64,000 nt of DNA. It comes from Mytilus edulis. Its lineage: Eukaryota. Below the pieces are notes generated by a model. The model saw nothing but the letters and a program-made list of their open reading frames with translations, was not told the DNA's origin and did no database searches. The stretch lies in NCBI RefSeq assembly GCF_963676685.1, contig NC_092354.1:49352001-49416000 (forward strand), read 5' to 3'. Position numbers and translations under genes: made by a program. Numbering within the stretch: position 1 is the stretch's first letter; each line of letters opens with the position of its first letter. Shown here piece by piece: positions 38,156 to 52,000 of this stretch.

Positions 38156-41100
38156 CATGCTAGTAACATTAATATGTTGCTTGTTTGTGGTATTTTTATG
38201 TTTGCCTATTTTCTTTTCATGATGGTATTTTCTGTCTATCTTAATTATTAAATGTTGACAAAGAGCTCGTAACTCATTGGTTTTCTTCTTTTTTTTTGTT
38301 GTGTATTATATTTGGTGTTTGGTTGATGCGTTGCACAAAAGCAACCATTTTGATTCTTACTTTTAACCTTTTTTTTTGAGACGGTGGACTCATGAACACT
38401 AAACTAAAGATTACCTATATTTTTTGTTTGAAAGACATAACACGTATCATTAAAGTCGAATAATTTTAAAGTCTAAATAAAAGCAATAATAAAATGATAC
38501 TTAATTACTTCATTTAACCCATTGGTAGAGGAAGTGTGCTATGTATATTTTTATGTTTTTGTGTTTGTTTGTTCAAAATCATGTATGTCTGCAATAAGAA
38601 ATCAAGAATGGGTCTTTATTACTATGAGGAAATCTACATTGTGTTTGATAAAGTTGATGTAATCTGAATATATCATTTGCCATTGATATGAATAAAAACT
38701 ACATTTTGTTTTATCTAAACATGTAAACAAACTCCAAGGTCAATTCAAAGAGGAGAAGTCTTGAAAAAGTTACAAAATCAAACTTCATCAACCAACGGTC
38801 TGTGTGGAAAACAACTGCTGTACACCTTACTTTGATTAACTAAATGTTGTATGAGTGCCAATGATACAACTCTCCATACAAGACACAATTGATAAATATA
38901 TAAGTAAACCATTATAGGTCAAGACACGGTCCTCAACAAGGAGCCTTGGCTCACAACGAACAGCAAGCTATTAAATCTCCCCCTAAAAAAATACTAGTGT
39001 AAAACCATTCAAACGGGAAAACCAACGATGTATTCTATATAAACATGATAAAAAAACGAAAAACATGTATGAACCTCATCAACAAATGACAACTGATTAA
39101 CATTATATTCCTGACTTAGGACAGGTGGAAACAATTGCAGTGGGTTTAAACGTTTAAATGATACCAAACCTTCACTCTTATCTTATACAATAGCGTAACA
39201 TCACAACATATAAAGACACACTATAAAATATCAATTGGAATGGCTTATCTCAATCAAAAGACGTAGTATTTAAACACAAATGAATATACACTCATCGAAC
39301 AAATTTGATCTATGGTACAATGTAAACTCAAAGTTAATAGAAATAAGGGATGAATAATTAAAGTAGAAGCAGTATACAGCTGTAAAATGCTAAACAATTC
39401 CATAAAGACATCAACTTAATGATTTGAGTCAATGAAACTAAACTGTTTTGTTAAGTGAGTGAATATTCACAGGGAAGCTACTTTGCAACTCTGTTTTTTT
39501 TTCCATTTTGTCAGATTATCTTAAATCCTCTGGATTTATCCTTCAAAGTGCCTCGTAAATTTTTGTCCATTGACCCCCTCTTTTCTCTTCATGTTAACAT
39601 TCCATATATTTTAAAAAAGACATTTTTTGAATCTTATAAAATCTTTGTTACTTGTCCTTTATCTTAAATACAAGCACACTGATTTTTTTCTAGTTGTTTA
39701 AGTTTCGCTATTATATAGGTTCTACCTATTTATAGAAGTCCTTTGAAATCCTTGTTATTTTGAAGCTGAGTTTCAAGTGGTGACTTTGTAATCATTCCTT
39801 CATAAGTTGACGGACCCTATAACGAGTTGGTTGACCGTTATAGATTATCCGTTTCACAAAGGATAGCGGATATGTCCATTATGTCTTAACTACAACCTGC
39901 CAAATTTTCCAAATTTAGCCCTACCGAAATAAACTTATTACTTGGTTTGTACAAACATGACGAGGAGGAATGGATAGGGTAGTAATAACGCAAGTATAAC
40001 ACATGTGTATCGTATTAGCAAATGAATTCCATACCGTTCAAGCGTTCAAACGAATGATAATAGCGTACGTAAAATCTTAAAACTAGCTGTCAGTAGTTGC
40101 AAGTACTCTCAGATCTGTACGTAGTGTCTTTCTGCTGAGTGGATGTATAAATAGCCGTCCACATATATTCTTTGTTGTTGTAAGATGTATTTTTTATTTA
40201 CATTTATTTATCTAGTTTTTAAACTGTACTTTATAGTATATTGTTATGTTGTATTGTTACACCATTTTCATAAGAGATGATGGAGGGTATGCGCCTTGCA
40301 ACGAGTTTAACATCCCCACATTATGTACGTTGATATTAGCAGATGAGTGCCAATTAGACAAGTATCCATTCATGTCACGATTTATAAAAGTAAACCTGTA
40401 CGGTCTTCAAAACGGTGCATTGGCTCACACCGAAGAGTATGCTATAAAGAGGCCAACGAAATAGAAGAAGAATATGCAAAATGATGCAAAGAAGGGTTCA
40501 CAACATGATATTGGTTGACTATTAAGCAAACTATAGGTGACATTTCTGCTAATGAAATACCAGACTAAATAATTTATCAGTAATACAAGGATCACGTTCG
40601 TTAAAATCTGAACGGCACAGCAGACACGGGCATAGCGAGTTGTGATATATACACAACGTAAAATTGTTTTAAAGCAACATCACCATCAACAATAGAAAAA
40701 ATCAACTAAAGCTAACGAACAAAATCGTCTCTTTTGTCGTTAATGTCAATGTGTATATACAAATCAAGATGTGGTATGATTGCCAATGGGACAGCTCTCC
40801 TCAAGAGACCAAACAACACAGGCAGTTTCTCGTGTAACTGGAATATCTTAATCTAGAAAAGGACAGTTATTAGCGATTACATTTGATTTTTCCGTTATTT
40901 AAATGTCGGCAGAATATTTGAAAATTATTGATTATTAAATAAAATAAAATCACAAAGAAAGTGTTGTTGAATGTATGAATCAAATGCAATGAATACGGAT
41001 CTTTACTGAGTTTGGCCATAACTTGTGATTTATAAAAGAACAAACACACGTACGATACTAAAAGGGCCCAGAGAAATATCTATAATCAGTCGATCAACTT

Positions 41101-42004
41101 TGTTAGCCTTTTCTTGCAATCCTCCTGTGCTATAAACACACGAAATAGCCGTTTATTCGGGACTTACATCCGGAAAGGGTTTAAAATGTAGCAAATTGTT
41201 ACTATACAGGCATAACATTCAGGAAGACAAATTTTATATTTAAATTTTAACGGGTTTGGATTTCCTGAATGAGCTGTAAGATGTGTTAAAAGTGTACGAA
41301 CAGACTCTTTTTGTTGCATACATTTGTAAATTAACAAATCAGCATTGTTGAATTTGTGAAACACATTGAATGATATTTTTGTTGTTCAATCGTTTCAAAG
41401 TTTACAATTGTAATGATAACAATGATACTAAATATCGGATATAATAGTTTCCGATTTTTTTTGATTTTTTATATACTTCCCGTTAACTCTTCAATAGAGG
41501 AAGTTTTCAATATATATCAATTTGTTTATTTTTGTTAAAACTACAAGTATGTCCGCAATAACAATTCAAAAGTAGATAGAGACTCCATTGCGTTTGATTA
41601 AGTGTAGATTTTCAGAATAAAACATTTGTCCTAGATTACAATAAAACCACTGTTTTGTTTAAATTTAGGTTATCAAATAGTCAATACTTCCAAACAGTAT
41701 GTTACTCAAAAGGCAGCTATGGAACATAGATGAATGTTAAATAAAAGTACTAGTTTTTACCTACATTGTTCAATGATACATCTCCACCCAGTTGAATTCA
41801 GACAGTGATTAAAAACACTGAACTCCATATAGTCGATTTGCCTCTATAACAGTATGGCTTTGGAAAAATAAATTATTGAAATAAACGGTAACTGTTACAT
41901 GTAGGCAAACGATAGTATGATATAGATGTAGCACGAATAGGCTGTTGTCATTTAGTAACTTTTCTTATCGTCCTTTGTAAATAATAATACATAATAGATA
42001 TAGG

Positions 42005-42380
42005 AAGATGTGGTGTGAGTGCCAATGAGACAACTCTCCATCCAAATAACAATTTAAAAAAAAGTAAACAATTATAGGTCAATGTACGGCCTTCAACACG
42101 GAGCCTTGGGTCACACCGAACAACAAGCTATAAAGGGTCCCAAAAGTACTAGTGTAAAACCATTCAAACGGGAAAACCAACGGTCTAATCTATATAAAAT
42201 AACGAGAAACGAGAAACACGTATATATTAAATAAACAAACGACAACTACTGTACATCAGATTCCTGAGTTAGGACAGGTGCAAACATTTGCAGCGGGATT
42301 AAACGTTTTAATGGATCCAAACCTTCTCCCTTTTTCTGAAAAAATAGCATAAAATCCCAACATGGAAAAACACACGATAG
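42005..42380 (+). repeat. Interspersed repeat copy (same family as 18302-18596 and 38846-39230)
   Basis: GAAGATGTGGTGTGAGTGCCAATGAGACAACTCTCCATCC...CTAGTGTAAAACCATTCAAACGGGAAAACCAACGG shared among the copies. Confidence 0.75.
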
Positions 42381-42460
42381 GCCTTATTTAGAGTTACATG
42401 GTATACAAATAAGAACATAGCATAAGCTTTAAGGAGTTGTAAACCGAACGTGTATATATA

Positions 42461-43330
42461 TAGAATCCCGGGGAGGGAAGAACAACAAATTTGCGAAAGC
42501 AAATATACAGATCCAACATTTCATTATATATATATATATATATACAACTCGTCTAAACATCAACCCAACAATGTTAGATCTGTAAATTTGCTTTCGCAAA
42601 TTTTTGGTTCTTCCCTCGCCGGGATTCGAACCCATGCTACTGTGATATCGTGACACCAAATCGCCTGCACTGCAGCCGTCCCGCTAGACCACACGACCAC
42701 CTGCGCTCTCAAAAAAAAGAGCTTTCGCTGGCCGTGTGTTACCTTTCCACGTCAGTTTTAATCTAGCGGCGTACTGCAGTACATGATATATAAGGCATGA
42801 AGATGTTATTGTTACAGATCAGCTAAATTATCTATAGTAAAGGATCCTACAAATTAATGTAAGATACAGTCACAGAAAATAATTATATTTATAAGTACGT
42901 CTGAGTCAGTGACAACCCTACAACAGATGTATCCATCGGATCGCCATCAATGATGGTGATACATGGCTGTGTACATAATGTATATACAACTCGTCTAAAC
43001 ATCAACCCAACAATGTTAGATCTGTAAATTTGCTTTCGCAAATTTTTGGTTCTTCCCTCGCCGGGATTCGAACCCATGCTACTGTGATATCGTGAAACCA
43101 AATCGCCTGCACTGCAGCCGCCCCGCTAGACCACACGACCACCTGGGGTCTCAAAAAAAAAAGAGCTTTCGCTGGCCGTGTGTTACCTTTCTAACATTGA
43201 TCTAACATTGTTGGGTTGATGTTTAGACGAGTTGTATATACATTATGTACACAGCCATGTATCACCAACATTGATGGCGATCCGATGGATACATCTGTTG
43301 TAGGGTTGTCACTGACTCAGACGTACTTAT
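42461..43330 (-). mobile_element. tRNA-derived (Leu-like) repeat: ~1.5 tandem units of 442 bp plus inverted fragments, bounded by (TA)n
   Basis: Minus strand CAGGTGGTCGTGTGGTCTA (A box)...GCATGGGTTCGAATCCC (B box) at 42613-42706 and again 442 bp later. 43199-43330 is the reverse complement of 42891-43024, and 42461-42520 is another inverted piece. Confidence 0.75.
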
Positions 43331-43648
43331 ATATATATATAGAGTCTATAAGAATCTACCAACCAGTAAACTTAATAGGTATTGGATCATCAAAATTGAC
43401 AATACTACACAAACAGGAAAAATTATATGAGTCTAAAAGATTGTGTAACAATACCGATAAAAAGATGGAAAACAAAACACTAAAAAGTGTTGAATATCAT
43501 CGCACAAAGATGGAAAAACTGAACAGATGATATAAATTATACACTAATTGCAAATATTTCGGCTCAACAAATGGCCTTCTTTGGTGCAAAAGTTTTAACA
43601 ATACTGATATATAATGTATAAGGTGTAAACATAGATCAGTAATAATAC

Positions 43649-43651
<3 letters not shown>

Positions 43652-43694
<43 letters not shown>

Positions 43695-44280
43695 GTCTAA
43701 ATTGAAAACTGAAAACGTTCAAACATATGATTGCGTTGGATCAAAACCGCAATTTTTATAGGTGTGCATGTAAAACAAATTTAGTTGTAGAAGGGTCGAA
43801 ATACAGCAAAAACAACATTTTCCAAAAGACCAAAAAAGTAAAAAAAGTATATTTAAACGAAACGCATTTTACTTTCAGGTAAAAAAACTGATGTTCTTTA
43901 ACCCTGCTGACTGCCATTGGCAACTGCCAAATAAAATTGATCACATGATGTAACAAAATGCATCTTAATATAAATTTAATACTAAACAGAAAACAGTAAC
44001 CGTGTGGCCCAGATATGCCACACACATAAGGTGTCAATATTGTTCTGGTACACCAGATCCGGATTTCGACAATAAATGTCTGTTAAGTGATGTTAGGAAT
44101 CGAAAAGGTATTAGGAATGTCATATAATTTACCCTCAATTTAAGATAGGCTCTTGAATTGTAAGAGTCAATATAGGATGAACGGATCGTATAAATCGGAT
44201 GGAAAATATGATACAAGCCCAAACGAAAAATATAAACAAGGCTAAATTGAAAACTACGTTCAAACCTATGATTGCGTATA
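43652..44280 (-). mobile_element. Second copy of the ~545-bp hammerhead repeat, terminally redundant, core mutated
   Basis: Follows (TA)n; CTAAATTGAAAACT at 43697 recurs at 44242; the hammerhead at 44050-44093 has CUUAACA instead of CUGAAGA. Confidence 0.72.
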
Positions 44281-44451
44281 TATATAAACATTTTTTAAAA
44301 GGTAATTGATTTTTACTTTTTTAGAGTGAATATTTGTATTTGTTATGATCTTCCTGTAAACAAATACACATAGTTACGGAAACATGGCACGATTTCGATA
44401 CATTGTGTTGCTAGAATGTAAAACAAGGAAATATAACCTAGTATATACCAA

Positions 44452-44466
44452 ATGGCTTCAAAAATG
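44452..44466 (+). CDS. Putative first exon (MASKM) of gene B or of a lost paralog
   Basis: ATGGCTTCAAAAATG|gtaggt with upstream context homologous to 14722-14774. Confidence 0.45.
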
Positions 44467-47400
44467 GTAGGTTTTTATTATTTTTTTTCATTTTCTTACC
44501 CTTTCCATTTCCCGACATTTTTTAATTACAATAACTGATTTTAACAGTTTGGTTTGATATGGTTAAAATGATGGGAATACCATGTTGACAGTGAGTATAC
44601 GAAATACCAAAGACACATTTACGGTAAAAGCATACGATGCATATCCATCAAATTGACATAAAACGTATACGAAGAATATAAACTGACATTCAAAGATTAA
44701 ATAAAAAAGAAAACGACCAACATACAAATATATTTCACAATGCAAAACATTGATAACAATCAAGTGAACCTAACGAACCAACAAAACACGGGAGAGGGGA
44801 TCTCATGGAAAACCTGATCCATATGCAAAATAAAAATATATAAGACGATTTTCCAATGAGAGTTAATAGCTGTAAATGCAGTTGTAACACTTTGTGTTAC
44901 TCAAATATAAGTCGTATCTCTTAGGTGTACAAGACATCTGAAGTTTCTTCTTAAAAATGATATAAGCAAGTTTAAGAGTAAATTAAATAACAGTACCCTT
45001 CGGAAAAACCGGCAACATACTTTTGATTGTCGTAATGCAATACTTTGTAATGCATATACTATCTCTGATTTCGATGATTAATTGACACATGTACAGACAC
45101 TGTAATGTGTGGTTTCAGCTTAATCATTTTTATCAAATCACTCAATAGTTGTGTAGGTCTTTTATGCCCTTTAATGGCTCCTGGGAATTACATAGATTAA
45201 TTCTGAAACAATTATGCTCCATTTTTATCAGATTTTGCTATACAGTTCAAATTTTTATTAGGCGTCTTATGTAATGATGAAAAAAAGAGCAACCATGCAT
45301 TTATAGTAATTATTTAGAGATCTAGGTGCCTGTCAAGTTTGAATAATGTTGCAATCAGTCAAAAAGTCAAGGATGTTAAACCAAAAAACTTAGACTTGAA
45401 AAGTAGATATCCTTTGAAATCCACATTGACGAGTCAATCTTTCACGTTTTTATTTTATCAAGACACAGTTAATGTGCCCGTCCCATATGAAATACGATAT
45501 AAACATATTTTCAGATTATAGTGTCTTTTTTTTGTTTGTCAAATATGTATGTTTTCCATATTGTTGTGTATAGACAATGGTGTAACACAATGTGTTTAAT
45601 ACACATTTGTTGAGTGAAAACAAATAGTCTATAATTTTAGATTCCATCCCCTTCTTCGGATGATTTACATAAGTGATGTTAATAATTAAATGGTGCAAGT
45701 TGTTTATGGTGTTAGATTACGCCATATTTACATATTGTTAATAGGAAAAGAGATGTATCTTCAGAAAATAGCACATAACAGATAAACATTATATAGATAT
45801 GTTTTGCCCGAAGGGATTTACATACTAGTATTGTTGTGGTAGATTGAAATTTTAGAAAAAAAAGAGACACACGAACTTAATGACAAAATTTAAGTGAAAT
45901 AGAAAATTGATATTAAAGGAACACTAGCATTCAAGTACATTTGAAATTGAAAAGTAAACAATTATGAGGATTATTATCAGAAATTAGAATAGGAATAGGA
46001 AAATAATTAAATTAGGAGTTGAAAAAAAAGTCTTAACGATGTGTTTTGTTCACAAATAGGCAAATATTTTTTTAAATTGTTTTAGTTTTTAAGATCATGT
46101 TAGTTAAGTTTTAAACGAATTAGATTGTTAAATTCAGATCTCAACATATACCCTAACACTGAGTCGTATTGAAATATATCAATAGGATAGGCATTAGGTT
46201 TAAATTTTTTAAACAAATGAAAAACAGATATATAAAAACGAAAGGACTCATTATGAAGAGGAAACTATATACTAATTTTTGAAAAATGTAACAGATTAAG
46301 GAGAAAGACATTGGTTTCGCAACGAGGTGTTGTTGTCAAATATGGAATATAAGGTCAGTAACTAATTGCACAAGACGTAGTTTAGATTTTATCAATGGAA
46401 TCCTAAATGATTTTTTCTTAAAAGTGATGAGCGTTAAGCTTAAGTAATAAGAAACTTATGTTAAGGATGTAAAAGCATTACAATTGGTTACAAAGTAACA
46501 CAAATAAATTTTAGTAATGTATGTATAGGTATCATGTAGGTGTAGGGTTATATAAAAGGATCTAACTGAACTTATTTTAATTGTAAATTTATAAATATAT
46601 TTCTTATGTATGTAGGATTCTCAAAGTTGTAGAAATTTAATATGACAGTTTTTTCCCCTTTTGATTTTTTGTCTATAACATATAATTTGATAGTTAAGCA
46701 TGTTACGACAACGTATTAATTATACATAGAAATTGTTTTTTTTTAATTTTGCTAGACCTGAATAACCCAGTGAACTAAAGGTGATTAAACAAACTATCAA
46801 TAATCTGATTGATAAATAAAAAAATGAAAAATAAGGGGAGGTAAACATATTTTAGTTTTTCCAAATTAACAAAGTTTATCAGTGGAGTTTAGGTGCCATA
46901 TTTTTGTTCTGTTAATTTATTTAGAATATATCTTGGTTAGCCAAAAAGGAAATTGTGAGTTCTGGTTATAACGCCACGAACAATTGTTACAAAATGGTGT
47001 CAATGCAGTTGGTTGGTACATATGCTTCCAGACAGATGTCTTCCTCTGCGCCATTGATCAGGGACAATAACTTAACCGAAGGCCGACGTTAACAACCCCT
47101 TAAGAAAGATGTACCCACAGCTAGATGCGTCAACTACTTTGTAATGGGACTATATCGTAAACTTTACAACGTTGATGACCGGATTTACTAGCAGATGATA
47201 ACCGATAAGTGTACAAAGAGTAGCGCCCTTTCACCAGTGGATGAACATTATACTATGATGGTGTCGGGTTTTATGAACTCTATGTATCCAGATGTTCATG
47301 ATGTTTGACTTGCCGAAATTTATAAAACTATATATGTGGTGATGGTTACCGAAAGCTTAAACAAGGAACTACAAAATAATATTATAGCATACAAAAAGAA

Positions 47401-49060
47401 GGACTATCGTATTTTACCGAAGGCATGTGTTACACAATGTGTTTAATACAGAACAATATCTAACAAGGTGTATTCCGATCTAACATTATGGATAAAAGTA
47501 AATGTAGTTTGCAGACACTTATCGTACATGTATTATGCCGACTTTAATTGCATTGTACATTGTCAACTGACCAACCTATTACACTGATGTATTATAAATA
47601 GCTAGACTACTTTATAAACTGTTGTCATTTACGGCTATTGTCGAAAGCTGATTGATGACCCTTCTGAACTATATATATAATATCCAGCTTTGGACTAGGA
47701 GGGCGGACATATTGGTACAAGTAATTCCTAGATAAGATTCCGACAGGAGATTCCGCCAAGGTTTACCCCTCGTGGGTAGGCTGGAACTTATGCACTTAAT
47801 ATAAGAATGAACAATTGTACCACGATACGATCATGTGTCCGTGTGATATATTGAACATTCGAACAATTCAACTTTAAAGACAGTTTGTAAACATTCGAAC
47901 ATTTGAACTTTAGAATCTTTCTTGACTTTGTAATTACATAATAAAATATTTAATCCATCTACTGACTTCATTACAATGGAACTTGAATATAGCATTACGC
48001 GGAAACATGAAACGAGGATGACTGTTTTGAAATTAAATCAGGACAAATTGATTCCACATTACTGATAGAGCACGCATATACCTCTGTCAGACAACATGCT
48101 TTTGTATGGTTCAATTTTCTTTGAATAGTTTAATATTCTTGGCTAAATTTGTAAAAACAAACCAACCAAATAATGACTTTTCGACGCGTTAATGGAAAAT
48201 GATATAATTGCTGATTTGCTTAACTAGAGTAGATGTACTTGGTTAATTTGCATGTCAATGACACCACTCCAATACTTCATATATAACATAGACTTATGAC
48301 GTCTTTATATTTTGATTGTTTACATAAGTTTATATTGTACACGAGCTATGGGTAAGCGTTTAAACCATAAAAAACACCCAAAATTATTATGGATACCATT
48401 AAGTCTTTCTGATTACAAATAGCTCAGAGAAATGATTTATTCGATATTATTATTTTCTTGATATCGCACATTGGTAGAATTGAATTGTTTTACAATCATA
48501 AGATCAACCCTTGATTAATTGTGTGCCTTGTTGAGAAAAAAGTAAAACCACAAAAATACTCAACTCCGAGGAAAATTCAAAACGGAAAGTTCTTAATCAA
48601 ACGGCAAAATCAAAGGATAAAACAAATCAAACGAATTGACAATAACTATCATATTCCTGACTTGGTACAGGTATTTATGAATGTAGAAAATGGTGGATTG
48701 AACCTGGTTTAACAGCGCTAAACCGGTCACTTGTACGACTGCTTTGTAATTAATGAGTCATTTCTTTGACATTGTTTGTGACTTAAAAAATGTCTCCAAA
48801 TCTTTGAAAAAGAGATATCAATTGAAATCGAAATATTTAGACACATTAGCTTTGCCCTGCCCTCCGTGAAACAATATAATTCTTTTTTTTTAAATGATTG
48901 TCATTTTGTTATGTCGATCTTTAGTTTTTTCCTTCTTTTATAATGAACGATGAGACTTTGGAACTTAAATATGAAATAACGGAAACATTTAACAATATAG
49001 ACATGTTTTCACATGGAAAACAGGAAATAGAATATAGTATATTGAAAAAAAGTATTTATA

Positions 49061-52000
49061 ATGGTAAGCTTCATTTTTATGTATAGTTTTGAATGCTTCA
49101 ATGTTATCTCGGTAGTTCAATATTCTTGACTAAGTGGGTACAATCAAATGCAATGACTCTTTGAAGCATTCATGGGAAACGACTTAAATGCTAATTTGGT
49201 TAATAATAGTAGGTATACATGTACAATATAAATGTCAATTCAACCACTCCAATACTCCATTTATAAAATTTACTAAGGACGTCTTTGTATTTGAATTTCG
49301 TAGGGTAATATCTTTATTGTAATATTAGATTATAGTGTACTGGAGATGTTAGTCCGCGTTAAACTCAACGAAAATTCTTGAGATGGACTACATCCAGCCC
49401 TTTTCAATGTACACGAAATTTCTTGCTCTGATTACTAAAAATCCCGAGAAAAGAATATTTCAGTCAACTTTCTTAATAAAAAAAAAACTCGATTTACAAA
49501 TGCAAACAGTCTGTTTTATGTCGCCTAAGCTATATGCCGTTATATAATAGCAGACTAGGAGACTTGCCGACTGTACCAAACATAGTATATACATTTCCAA
49601 CCAACAGCGATCATCAGTGCTTTCAACTCATTTATTTTTTCAATTATTTGTCAAATAACTTAACTTTCATATCACATTTTTTTTATAGATATTTAAGCCA
49701 TATCATATGCAGTTTATTATTCTAACTTACTTCATTTATTTTATGTATCAACAAAGCAGGTCTTTGTTACTGAAACAATAATTCAATAATGTTTTTACTG
49801 AATATAATGTGCATGTTTTGTGCATATAATATTAAAACATTGTGGATACTACACTCAGCTTTAACACAATTCTTAAGATGTTTTGTTTTCAGTTACCTCC
49901 GATTTCGCTAAATGATTTAGCCTTAAAACTTTTTTATGTGAGCTCTACCGATTAGTACTAGGTACATGAAATATCTGTCTGCTGTACTATTGAGGAAGCC
50001 TGGTAAATAATTACACTTTTGTTTATGTTTACAACATGTACAATCTGACATTAATTAAATTTGTGTAATGCAATGCATTTCATTTTAGGTATTGGAGAAA
50101 CTTTGTTTGATGTGGTTCTTTTTACAAGGTAAGGAAGATGATTTCAATGATGTTGCAAAAATGCTTACATATATTAGTTTAGATAAAGAGGCGAAAGTTT
50201 CAGATGGGTTATTCAAACACAGTATATGTCAAGCGAGGAGGTTTCAAAGGAATGTAAACAAAAATGTATGTTACCTAAAATTGTGTTCTATGATATCCGA
50301 AAATAAAACATGTTGAACCAAACAACAAGATCTCAGTATGCAGAAATTATTCATTATTCCAGTAGGTTATTATGCATTTTGATTGGTAACAACAGTGCAT
50401 CCCTACTAGCCGATATGTTTTAGACAAATGTGAAAAAATAAGAAGGTCATCTCTGAACAAGAATATCTGAAAAAATAAATTGTAAGTTTTACTCTTCTTA
50501 GCAGCGATGTACCAACTCCACCATCGTTTGGTGTATACATTTTTCAAGTCCTTCGATATTCAAGATCTCACAGCTATTACTCAGGCTTTGTCGTCGTCAA
50601 AATATGCTAGGGTTTTTGTCAAGGTATGTTTTATCCTTTTTTTAAAAATATTGATCGGAAAGTACCAAGACATATGAAATAAATATAAACTGTCTACTTC
50701 ATAAACAATACAAGATTGTCTTGAGTTTACGATTCTATGAGATTTATTTGTATATATGTGTGAACTTACACTCACTCCTCTGCTTGGTAACGTGCAGTTT
50801 TTTTTTCTGTTTTTATGGACTTTCCCTTATGTTTTGTTCTAAAGCGAGTTCATTAATTGTTAAGACCGAATCATTACCATTATTACATATGTGTTGAATT
50901 ATTTAGGAAATATTTGCCATACGTGTTTGAATCATGATGTGGAAATAAATATATAGGGTATACATGTACATCGCAAAATCAGCAACAGTGTAAGCGCCAT
51001 GAAATAATCAGGACATATACTTACGGTATGTTATCAATCTCCTCAATAACAAGAGCAGCCGCTGTATTGAAAAGCTGAATATAATTTTCAGAAGGAGACT
51101 TAACTTGTGTCACGAGTTAGTTTGATAATCATGATAATAGTAAACACCTTACACATTTGATACATGTACAATTTTTATTCGTTGTTTTAATCATTTCAGA
51201 CAAATCCATATTCACAGATGCTAGAAGCATATACACTGTAGTTGGATCAACGTTAAATCTAACATTTAAAGACAGTAACCCATTGATTAGATACAGGTCA
51301 CATAGAAATGGACATTATTTTTCTGACCTAGTGAACTCTGACGCAATCAAATACGAAATTGTATTACGTCCAAGTGTTATAGAAATACAGATAAAAAATG
51401 TAACAACAAATAATACAGGACTATACAAGATAGCTTATTTTGATCGATCATCTACATTACAGCTAAGTATAACTAGTATGTCTTACACATGATAGTTTGT
51501 AAGCAGAATAATTGACATTCCTGTTTGTCTTATATTTATCAAGGTTTGTGGGATATTATTACAGAGTAGAAGGTGCATGTGCTGTGAGCAATTTATCTGG
51601 CCTTATCAAACCTATGAAATAACATTCGTCACATGTTCATTCATATAAAAAGCAGCATCTACAGTTTTGAAATTCGTCTGACATGTTTGCTTTGGAAGTC
51701 ATCATTTCTTCATTTATTACACAAACTGCAGAAAACCTCATTTTATTGCCATTAATATTTAGATATGAGCAAAGATTTGACACCACATGATATGTTGTTT
51801 TATTTATTAACATGTTTCAGGATGTTCTTATCCCAAGCATAAAAACATAGCCGTATTTCACACAACCTTTTTCAACTTTAGATCTTCAGTGCTGTACAAC
51901 TTTGTACTTTTTTTTTACTTTCGATCTTTTAGATCTGGGCGTCACTGGTGAGGCTTGTGTGGACGAGGCGCGTTTTTGGCGTATTATATTTTAAACCTGG

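Noticed and set aside
42613-42706. Functional tRNA gene
   Set aside because: A and B boxes are present but there is no proper acceptor or anticodon stem, and it is embedded in a tandem/inverted repeat.
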